This document shows positions 10,379 to 21,905 of a DNA stretch of 64,000 nucleotides, one piece after another. This DNA comes from an uncultured Acidobacteriaceae bacterium (lineage in GTDB: Bacteria; Acidobacteriota; Terriglobia; Bryobacterales; Bryobacteraceae), in the NCBI GenBank assembly GCA_963778345.1, contig CAVZTP010000003.1, forward strand, positions 41,408-105,407. The letters are read 5' to 3'. Each line of letters begins with the position of its first letter. Position 1 is the first letter of the stretch. A program made the position numbers and the translations under genes. A model generated the notes under the pieces. That model was not told where the DNA came from, did not search any database, and saw nothing but the letters and a program-made list of their open reading frames with translations.

Positions 10379-10487
10379 GCTTCAATGAGGCCGCGATCCG
10401 GTGGATCGCGGAAATATGCGGCTCTCCTACGTCACACATGCACAACACCCAGCTTCAATTTGGTTGCCTGAAGCAAAAACTTGCCGC
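10379..10487 (-). other. crRNA-like mini-array: degenerate repeat remnant (only ATTGAAGC retained), 36-nt pseudo-spacer, 37-nt repeat-like element
   Basis: The minus strand of 10415..10379 reads ATTTCCGCGATCCACCGGATCGCGGCCTCATTGAAGC. The array repeat is AATTCCACGATCAAATGATCGTGGCCTCATTGAAGC. The last 14 nt are identical and the stem is preserved by an A:T to G:C double change. A second ATTGAAGC (minus strand, 10459..10452) lies exactly 36 nt upstream. Confidence 0.6.
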
Positions 10488-10563
10488 ATGACCGGATGAT
10501 AGAACATTTCTGGGTCTTTTGGAAGTGAGATGTAGAGAAGAGAGGAACTTTTTAATTTGTTGT

Positions 10564-10593
10564 TGACACACATCATTATATAACGATACACTT
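10564..10593 (+). promoter_or_regulatory. candidate sigma70-type promoter of the cas operon
   Basis: TTGACA (10564-10569), 18-nt spacer, TACACT (10588-10593), in an AT-rich stretch ~30 nt upstream of the cas7 GTG. Confidence 0.35.
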
Positions 10594-10623
10594 GGCAATT
10601 CTACACATTAGAAAGCAGGTACC

Positions 10624-11841
10624 GTGTCATTTGAATTCTCAGATTTACTGGCTGCAGTAGGTGGGTCGGCGGCGGCGTTCCGCTCTATTACACAATTACA
10701 GCCCGTGGGTGGCGTGGGGGATAAGGTCTTTCCCGTCACGTTCGCAGGGGGTGTCTATGCAAGAGAAAAGCGCCGCCTCGACGGCGCTGATGTTGATTGC
10801 GTGCTCATCGATTCGGTGCAGTCGCAAAGCAACAGGGCAGAGGAAGCGCTCATGCGTGCAATTGAGAGGGGCCAACTCTCTTTGCCGCTCATCGAAGTGG
10901 ATTTCACTTCGGCGAACGAAAAGCTGCGGAGCCCGTTGCCGAACCTTACCAGTCTTGAAGTGCCTCACAGACTCGCTGATGCAATCCTGCGCGACAGCCA
11001 GTTAGAAGATGGAACCCGATTTTCAAAATCTGCGTACGCAAAACAATGGAGCCGTTCGAATGTCTGGAACGCCAGTGCCGTTTATGAACTGTGCCCGACG
11101 GCCTTGGTGTTTGGCATGTGGGGCTCTCCCGAGAAGCCCGGCGGTTTGGGCGCCAAATTCGAGCGTGCCTATGTTTCGGAGATCGTGGCAGTCGATGTGG
11201 TCGGGAACAACGGAGCGCCAACCGACCGGGAAGGCCGGAACGACCTCACCCAAAAGCGAGCAGGATTCCGAATCGATCCACTCGGGTCAAGTAAAAGCGT
11301 CGCTCTGAAGCAACGAGACGACGGGGGCTTTGAAGTCGGAAGTGGAAAACTAAGGCCCTCCGAGTTAAATCACGGCAACATTCTGTTTGAGTCTTCGAAC
11401 ACAGGGATTCGGTTCCGTTACGCGGAACAAACAACCGTGGTCTCACTAGGAGCGCTGCGGAAACTGCGCTTTCCCGTAAACGGTCGCACCGACTCCAGCA
11501 CCGACGACGCAGCTCGGGCAGTTTTGGCCGCTATGGCCCTGTGCGCCGGTGTCTTGTCGGCTGAGACAGGAACGAGTTTGCGTTCACGCTGCCAATTGTG
11601 GCCGGTCGCCGACCGCGAATGGGAGTTGCTTGAAAAACCCGGGCAGGATGCTCGGAGATTCAGCTTGCAGGGACAGCGAGCAATCGCCTTGTTGAACGAG
11701 GCCGTCACCCATGCCGAAGGTGCGGGATTGAAATGGATGAAGCACAAGCTGGTCTTGAAACCTACGCCTGAACTGGTTGAACTAGTGCGACAGAGCCAGG
11801 AAAACGCCGCGAAGGAGAAGGGTGAAGGAGAGGCGCAATGA
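10624..11841 (+). CDS. csb1: type I-G/I-U Cas7 (Csb1, GSU0053 family)
   Basis: 405-aa intact ORF. It carries LQPVGGVGDKVFPVTFAGGVY, PTALVFGMWGSPEK, GAKFERAYVSEIVA, FRIDPLG and NHGNILF, which are characteristic of Csb1/Cas7u. It is the first gene of the cas operon. Confidence 0.85.
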   Translation: MSFEFSDLLAAVGGSAAAFRSITQLQPVGGVGDKVFPVTFAGGVYAREKRRLDGADVDCVLIDSVQSQSNRAEEALMRAIERGQLSLPLIEVDFTSANEKLRSPLPNLTSLEVPHRLADAILRDSQLEDGTRFSKSAYAKQWSRSNVWNASAVYELCPTALVFGMWGSPEKPGGLGAKFERAYVSEIVAVDVVGNNGAPTDREGRNDLTQKRAGFRIDPLGSSKSVALKQRDDGGFEVGSGKLRPSELNHGNILFESSNTGIRFRYAEQTTVVSLGALRKLRFPVNGRTDSSTDDAARAVLAAMALCAGVLSAETGTSLRSRCQLWPVADREWELLEKPGQDARRFSLQGQRAIALLNEAVTHAEGAGLKWMKHKLVLKPTPELVELVRQSQENAAKEKGEGEAQ

Positions 11842-13367
11842 CGGTCCTGGGCATTCGATATTTGCGAGGGTACTCGGTATCTAGGGATGCGGCGAAGGAC
11901 TGTCCAGAGTGGCCGCCGCATCCTGGCCGTATATTCATGGCGCTCGCGGCGGCGCATTTCGAGACCGGGGAGGACGAGGCCGAACGTCGCGCACTGGAGT
12001 GGCTTGAGCAGGAGAGCGCCCCTTCCATTGCGGCCAGTGGCGCGAATGAGAGATCGACTGTCACGACTTACGCCCCCGTAAACGACAAATCTGGCGGTAT
12101 CACTGGGCGGAGCCGACAGCCGCGTAGTTTTTCAACGGTCAGGCCCGAACGTGACGAAGTGTTTCTGATCTGGCAGGGCGACGCTGAGCAAAAAACACAA
12201 AGCGCGCTCGATCGGATTTGCCGTAGGGTAACACGAATTGGGCATTCCTCTTCATTGGTGCAGATGTGGGTGGCGAGTGGGACTGAAACGCCAGCGGCGA
12301 ATTGGGTGCCGGTCGATTCTCTGGTTCGCGATCGCATGCGTGTACCCGAGGCAGGGACTATCGCGTATTTGGAGCGCTCCTTTGCGAAGCGGGAGGCGCA
12401 GCAATACACGGTATTGCTGGATGCGATCGCGTCTGCAAAGGGAAGGGAAAAGAATCGGCTCAACAAAGAGCTAGACCAGTCTTTTCCGTTGGGCGCTCCG
12501 GGACCCACTCCGCCTCAACTGACGAAATGGCAGGGGTATGCCCCTGCCGGACGGCTGTCCGGCATAGAACCCGCGGTTCGCCGCGGGCCGTTCGATTCGC
12601 AGCTTATCGTTTTCGCGAAGGATGAAGGGCGCGCCTGGGCCTAGAGACCACGGTGCAACTACGGGTGCGTTGCGGAACGCTGCGATGAAGGCATCGGGAG
12701 AACAGCCGCCGGAGTGGTTGACTGGACATCAGGCAGATGGAACTCCAACGCTGCGCCCGCACGTAGCATTTTTTCCGTTGCCCTTCGTCGATGCGCGCCA
12801 CGCTGACGGACACGTTATGGGGCTAGCGATGGCGATTCCGCATGACCTTTCAGAAGAAGAACTTAGGAGAACTATAAGGCCCCCTGCTTTTCAAGGACAG
12901 CGGCGAAGAGCGAGTCCTTCGCTTGTGGCGTGATCGCACCAAGCAGCCGGGGATTGTGTCCAACAGAGTGGGAATGGCTTCTGCGCCGGGAAACGCGTCC
13001 GCGCCCGCCGGTTACGTTGCGTGCTGAGACATGGATCCAGGCGAGTAAGGTTTGGGCGAGCGTCACTCCCGTCGTGTTGCATCATCATCCCAAGCGCAAT
13101 CGCGAACGCGATGTTCAGCGTATTGTGATGGAGGCGTTCGAGTCAGCCCTGCTACCCTCACCTGAAGGTATAGAAATTTGCTCCGTGTCTCCGTTAACGG
13201 GCGTGGGGCATGCGCGCTCGATCCCGCATTCGATGAGGGGGGTAACTCACTTAGCCGGTATCAGACGCATGTGATCGCTAGGTTTGCGGCTCCGCTGGAA
13301 GGGCCAGTATTGGTTGGGCGCGGGCGATTTCGGGGCTATGGTTTGTTCCGGCCGTGGCGAGGAAACA

Positions 13368-13387
<20 letters not shown>
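11838..13387 (+). pseudogene. csb2: type I-G/I-U Csb2 (Cas5-Cas6 fusion, GSU0054 family), at least 3 frame changes
   Basis: The N-terminal CPEWPPHPGRIFMALAAAH is in ORF 11838..12644. HVAFFPLPFVDARHADGHVMGLAMAIP is in ORF 12622..12933. WASVTPVVLHHHPK is in ORF 12930..13274. The C-terminal HVIARFAAPLEGPVLVGRGRFRGYGLFRPW is in ORF 13178..13387. A protein-like stretch LLFKDSGEERVLRLW in a further frame near 12880-12950 suggests a fourth change. Confidence 0.8.
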
Positions 13388-16149
<2,762 letters not shown>

Positions 16150-16172
16150 GCGGTCACAAACACAGGTGCTGG

Positions 16173-17386
<1,214 letters not shown>

Positions 17387-17412
17387 TTCCCGTGTAAGTA
17401 CCTTGGAGGTGC

Positions 17413-19191
17413 TTGTTGGCTACTGCCCCACTGCCGCTCCATCCGGAACGGTCGCTGCCCGATTATCTTCCGGCACGAATGGTCAATGAGTTCGTCTATT
17501 GTCCGCGGCTCTTCTTCTATGAGTGGGTGGAAGGCGTATTCCGTGAAAGTAGCGACACGGTGGAGGGCTCGGCTCAGCACAAGCGCGTGGATCGCGATGA
17601 CAAGGGCATTCCGGCGGCGGATGAACTCGGAGACGAACGCATTCATAGCCGGTCGGTAACGCTATCGAGCGAAACCCTGCGAGTGATCGCCAAGATGGAC
17701 CTGATTGAAGTGGAGGATGGGGTCGCTACGCCGGTCGACTATAAGCACGGCAAGCCGCGCATGAAGGATGACCGCCTGGAGTTATGGCCGACGGACCGCG
17801 TGCAATTGTGCGTGCAGGGATTGGTGTTGCGGGACAACGGATATCGTTGCGACGAAGGCATGGTCTACTATGCGGCCACCAAGCAGCGGGTGCGGATTCC
17901 GTTCACGGAGGAGGTGGTTGCGGAGACGCTGGGCGCGATTGCAGGAGCCTGGGAGGAGGCGCGCGCCCGGGTGATGCCGCCACCGCTCGAAGACTCGCCG
18001 AAATGCGTGGGATGCTCACTTGCGCCGGTGTGCTTACCCGATGAGGTGCGGTATCTGGCGCGGCGGGCCGAAGAGCCGGATGTCGAACAGTTGCTACTAT
18101 TCGCGGCGGGAGAAGCGGCAGCGCCTAAGAAGCCCGTTCAGAAAGAAGTACGGCGATTGATAACGCCTCGGGATGACTTACGTCCGCTCTATCTGAATAA
18201 GCCTGGGCTACGCGTTGGTAAGGCGGGCGCGGTACTTCAGGTGAAAGAGAAGGATTCGCTGGTGCAGGAAGTGCGAATGAACGAGATCTGCCAGTTGAAC
18301 CTGATGGGCAACATTCAACTATCGACGCAAGCCGTGCAGGAACTGTGTGAAGCCGGTATTCCGATTTGCTACTTCTCGATGGGCGGGTGGTTCTATGGCA
18401 TCACAACGGGTATGTGCACCAAGAACATTTTCCTGCGACAGCGGCAGTTCACAATGGCGGAGCAGGCGTGGTTCTGCAGGAAGCTGGCTCGTTCCCTGGT
18501 GGCGGGGAAAATTCGGAATCAACGGACCTTTCTACTGCGGAACCATTTGGAACCTGACCGGAGGGTGATGCGCGCCCTGAAGGAGATGGCGCAAGATGCC
18601 GAGCAGTGCGGGTCGATGGAAGAGTTGCTGGGTGTGGAAGGCAACGCGGCCCGGTTGTATTTCGGTGCGTTTCAAGGCTTCATAAAGGTAGAGGCCGACG
18701 ATGAGTTGCCGGGCATTTTTCAGATGGACTTCGCGGGGAGAAATCGCCGGCCACCGCGCGATGCGGTGAACGCGTTGCTTTCGCTCGGCTACAGTCTACT
18801 GGCGAAAGATTTGACAATTGCTTGCTACTCGGCCGGCTTCGATCCGATGATGGGTTTTTATCATCAGCCGCGGTTCGGGAGACCGGCGTTGGCGCTTGAT
18901 TTGATGGAGCCGTTTCGAACTCTGGTTGTGGATTCGGCAGTGGTGACGGCGATTAATACGAAGATGGTGACGCCCAAGGATTTTGTGAGCGCGGCATCGG
19001 CCGTTGCCTTGACGGCAGAAGGGCGGAAAGGGTTTTACCGGGCGTATGAATTGCGCATGGATGCAATGGTTACGCATCCAATATTCGAGTATCGGGTAAG
19101 CTACCGGCGTTTGCTGGAAGTGCAGGTACGGTTGTTGGCTAAGTTCCTGGAGGGAGATATTGACGACTATCCGGTGTTTACGACGAGATAG
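17413..19191 (+). CDS. cas1: Cas4-Cas1 fusion
   Basis: 592-aa intact ORF. The N-terminal Cas4 part has YCPRLFFYEWVEG, DLIE/DYKHGK and the Cys cluster CVGCSLAPVC. The C-terminal Cas1 part has GNAARLYF, RRPPRDAVNALLSLGYSLL and GFYHQPRFGRPALALDLMEPFR. TTG start after GGAGG. Confidence 0.9.
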   Translation: MLATAPLPLHPERSLPDYLPARMVNEFVYCPRLFFYEWVEGVFRESSDTVEGSAQHKRVDRDDKGIPAADELGDERIHSRSVTLSSETLRVIAKMDLIEVEDGVATPVDYKHGKPRMKDDRLELWPTDRVQLCVQGLVLRDNGYRCDEGMVYYAATKQRVRIPFTEEVVAETLGAIAGAWEEARARVMPPPLEDSPKCVGCSLAPVCLPDEVRYLARRAEEPDVEQLLLFAAGEAAAPKKPVQKEVRRLITPRDDLRPLYLNKPGLRVGKAGAVLQVKEKDSLVQEVRMNEICQLNLMGNIQLSTQAVQELCEAGIPICYFSMGGWFYGITTGMCTKNIFLRQRQFTMAEQAWFCRKLARSLVAGKIRNQRTFLLRNHLEPDRRVMRALKEMAQDAEQCGSMEELLGVEGNAARLYFGAFQGFIKVEADDELPGIFQMDFAGRNRRPPRDAVNALLSLGYSLLAKDLTIACYSAGFDPMMGFYHQPRFGRPALALDLMEPFRTLVVDSAVVTAINTKMVTPKDFVSAASAVALTAEGRKGFYRAYELRMDAMVTHPIFEYRVSYRRLLEVQVRLLAKFLEGDIDDYPVFTTR

Positions 19192-19372
19192 CGCGCGAGA
19201 GGCGGAGTGAGGGCGGAAATGCGGGAGGCGCTCGCATCGGAATAACGGTCGTGTTTTGAGTAGCTTGTATGGGTTTGGTGGAAGTGCTACCGTCATGGTG
19301 CGGGTCTTGTGAGAGCATCGCTCGCAAACGTGTTTGTAGCTGGTTGAAAATAGAATAGTTGGCGGCTGGGCT
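19192..19372 (+). promoter_or_regulatory. CRISPR leader
   Basis: 181-bp non-coding stretch between the cas4-cas1 stop and the first repeat. It becomes AT-richer next to repeat 1 (GGTTGAAAATAGAATAGTTGG). Orientation is inferred from the repeat 3' end ATTGAAGC and from a degenerate terminal repeat at the far end. Confidence 0.5.
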
Positions 19373-19981
19373 AATTCCACGATCAAATGATCGTGGCCTC
19401 ATTGAAGCGTGGACTGGGGAGCGTGCCATCCTGGGAAAAGAAGCAATTCCACGATCAAATGATCGTGGCCTCATTGAAGCAAGACTTTTCTGCCGCGCCG
19501 TTTCTTCCGTTTCCGCAATTCCACGATCAAATGATCGTGGCCTCATTGAAGCAATCGAGGATGGTAGCGGAATCCTCACCGGCGGGCAATTCCACGATCA
19601 AATGATCGTGGCCTCATTGAAGCATCCCAATATTCCTGGTAGACCGTGACCGTTGTGCAATTCCACGATCAAATGATCGTGGCCTCATTGAAGCAGTTCT
19701 TCCATGATTCGGATGGACTCCAGATTGTGCAATTCCACGATCAAATGATCGTGGCCTCATTGAAGCTTTTCGAGATCAGCCGCTTCCCGCACTGCTGGCA
19801 GAATTCCACGATCAAATGATCGTGGCCTCATTGAAGCCAGACAATAATTTGACCGTGTACACGTTCGTGTGCTAAATTCCACGATCAAATGATCGTGGCC
19901 TCATTGAAGCATTTCCCGCGAACAGCGCAGAGGCGCGCGATCGCAAATTCCACGATCAAATGATCGTGGCCTCATTGAAGC
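19373..19981 (+). CRISPR. CRISPR array, 9 identical 36-bp repeats and 8 spacers (35-37 bp)
   Basis: The repeat is AATTCCACGATCAAATGATCGTGGCCTCATTGAAGC. It starts at 19373, 19445, 19517, 19588, 19659, 19731, 19802, 19875 and 19946. It has an 8-bp stem CCACGATC/GATCGTGG with loop AAAT. A possible 10th degenerate repeat begins near 20014 (GATTCACGTTC...). Confidence 0.97.
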
Positions 19982-20076
19982 GACGATTTACCGGAAGCGA
20001 TGCAGGCGGCCTGGATTCACGTTCGCTGTGAGTACCGGGACTTGCCATAATCAAACTAGACCGATATCCTTGAAAC

Positions 20077-20313
20077 ATGCCGACCGTGCTTCGATTGGAG
20101 GGGTTTCGGTTCTTCTTCTACAGCAAGGAAGGCAATGAACCCGCACACGTCCACGTGGAGCACCAAGAGCGGCGCGCCAAATTTTGGCTAACGCCGGTTT
20201 CCCTTGCCTGGAACGCCGGATTTAACACCTCTACCGTGACCTGGCTCTAGGCCGTGATCAGAGAACATCGAACCGCGTTTTTGGAGAAATGGAATGAGCA
20301 CTTTGCCCAATAG
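20077..20313 (+). pseudogene. DUF4160-family small protein with in-frame TAG
   Basis: MPTVLRLEGFRFFFYSKEGNEPAHVHVEHQERRAKFWL... is typical of DUF4160. TAG at 20248-20250 interrupts the frame, which then continues as AVIREHRTAFLEKWNEHFAQ to a stop at 20311-20313. Confidence 0.6.
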
Positions 20314-20545
20314 GCCAGAACCTCTGGCCGTGAACGTTACTTTCGAGACCGACTACTTCACCGTGCAACTCAACGACGGTCGCGCCCTGTCTGTCCCTTA
20401 CGTTTACTCGTCGCGTCTTGCGGAGGCGACGCCGGAACAACGCGCCGACTACCGTCTGATCGGAAGAGGCGATGGTATTCACTGGCCCCAAATCGACGAG
20501 GATCTTTCCGTCCGCGGACTGCTTTTAGGAACGCCCGCCCGTTGA
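20294..20545 (+). CDS. DUF2442-family small protein
   Basis: 83 aa. FTVQLNDGRALSVPY...LAEATPEQRADYRLIGRGDGIHWPQIDEDLSVRGLL matches the DUF2442 pattern. It overlaps the DUF4160 gene, the usual pairing. Confidence 0.65.
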   Translation: MSTLPNRPEPLAVNVTFETDYFTVQLNDGRALSVPYVYSSRLAEATPEQRADYRLIGRGDGIHWPQIDEDLSVRGLLLGTPAR

Positions 20546-20793
20546 CAGGTTACTTCGAAATGGAGCAATACAAATCGAACTGGGATCTAGCCTCGATCCC
20601 CAATGATGCGTTTCTCTCCGAGCTCGGCCGCCGCAACGCCGCCAAACGCACTGCGCCGCTAGGCGGTTTTCGCCCGGGTGCCGGGCGGCCTGCTCAGCGT
20701 GTTCGCTGCCCTCGCTGCGGCCAACTGGTTACGAAAACCGAAGCCCGCCGCGGCCACGGCTGTCAAGCTATTGTTGGGTCTTCGGCTCGCTGA
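20542..20793 (+). CDS. hypothetical small protein with CPRCG motif
   Basis: ORF only. The start is uncertain (TTG at 20542 or ATG near 20560). No family recognised. Confidence 0.3.
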   Translation: MTGYFEMEQYKSNWDLASIPNDAFLSELGRRNAAKRTAPLGGFRPGAGRPAQRVRCPRCGQLVTKTEARRGHGCQAIVGSSAR

Positions 20794-20801
20794 CAAAGCG
20801 C

Positions 20802-20869
<68 letters not shown>

Positions 20870-20883
20870 ATTTTGCAAGCGCG

Positions 20884-21561
20884 TCAGGATGTACGGTGCG
20901 CGTAGGGGAATCGAGAGAGGAGATAATCGATCCAATCCGTGATTCGGTGTCCTGTTTTGGCGGAAACCGAGAGGGTAATTAGGCCTGGGCGGACGGCGTT
21001 TATGTTCGCGCGCGCGGCGCTCCAGTCGAATTCGACGGCGTCCGCTAAGTCCGCTTTGGTGATCACGGCTAAATCCGCGCTGTTGAAGATGGTCGGGTAC
21101 TTCAGCGGTTTGTCTTCTCCCTCGGTGACGGAGAGCAGAACAAGCCGGAGACTCTCGCCTAAGTCGTAAGAGGACGGGCAGACCAGATTGCCGACGTTTT
21201 CGATAAACAGGAAATCGAAATCCGCAAGGTTCCAATCATCGATCGCGTTTTCGATCATCGCGGCTTCCAGGTGACAGAGCGTTCCGGTGGTGATCTGTTT
21301 CACCTGGGTCTGGCTGCGTGCCAGGCGCACGGCATCGTTGTCGGTCGCGAGATCGCCGACCAGCGCCGCGGGGCGGTAATGTTGCTTTAAAATTGTCAGC
21401 GTCTTTTCGAGGAACGCAGTCTTGCCGGAACCGGGACTGGAGACCAGGCTCACTACAAATACGCCTTGCTCTTCGAAGCGCCGGCGCAGCCTGCGAGCAA
21501 CCTCGTCATTGTGTTTCAGGACGTTTTGGCGGATTTCCAGGATGCGGGGCGAAGTTGTCAT
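20884..21561 (-). CDS. hypB: hydrogenase nickel-incorporation GTPase HypB
   Basis: P-loop SSPGSGKTAFLEK and ENVGNLVCP. The start ATG at 21561 overlaps the hypA stop (ATGA). Confidence 0.9.
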   Translation of the reverse strand: MTTSPRILEIRQNVLKHNDEVARRLRRRFEEQGVFVVSLVSSPGSGKTAFLEKTLTILKQHYRPAALVGDLATDNDAVRLARSQTQVKQITTGTLCHLEAAMIENAIDDWNLADFDFLFIENVGNLVCPSSYDLGESLRLVLLSVTEGEDKPLKYPTIFNSADLAVITKADLADAVEFDWSAARANINAVRPGLITLSVSAKTGHRITDWIDYLLSRFPYAHRTS

Positions 21562-21905
21562 TCGGTTAACTCCAGGCCAGAAACTTGCAATTCGCGGCCA
21601 TGCACGATGTCGGTCGCGGGCGTGCCGCAATCGACACAGTAGAACGATTGGATGGAGCGGACCGGGCGCTCTGCGTTGCAGTGCGAACAACGAATCGAGA
21701 TGGGGATCTCTTCGATCACCAGAGCGCATTTCGCAAAACGGGTTTGCTCAGCCGCAAGTTCGAAAGCGGAAAGGAGGGCTTCTTTCACCACGCCGGCGAG
21801 GGGTCCGAGTTTCAGATGAATTGCTTCGACGCGCACGTTGCCGCGGCGTTCGACTTCTTCCTCCACCACATCCAGGATGCTCAAAGCGATGGAGAGTTCA
21901 TGCAT
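21558..21905 (-). CDS. hypA: hydrogenase nickel-insertion protein HypA
   Basis: MHELSIALSILD N-terminus and zinc motif CSHCN...CVDCG. Confidence 0.9.
   Translation of the reverse strand: MHELSIALSILDVVEEEVERRGNVRVEAIHLKLGPLAGVVKEALLSAFELAAEQTRFAKCALVIEEIPISIRCSHCNAERPVRSIQSFYCVDCGTPATDIVHGRELQVSGLELTE

Noticed and set aside
10452-10474. Inverted repeat GCTTCA…TGAAGC around the upstream handle remnant, considered as a second intact repeat hairpin
   Set aside because: Apart from the 8-nt ATTGAAGC, only about 8 of the remaining 28 positions match the repeat. The 6-bp pairing involves the handle itself, so I treat it only as a degenerate remnant.
10564-10580. Possible target of the mini-array pseudo-spacer in the cas promoter (shared CACACAT / ATGTGTG next to the -35 box)
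   Set aside because: Only 7-8 nt match. The match falls in the middle of the pseudo-spacer rather than at its PAM-proximal seed, and no adjacent TTN-type PAM is in register. A match of this size is expected by chance in a ~200-bp region.
19409-19945. Self-targeting of the nearby terminase genes or other window sequence by the 8 spacers
   Set aside because: By-eye comparison found no match to any of the spacers within the window. This is not exhaustive and needs a computed search before any claim is made.
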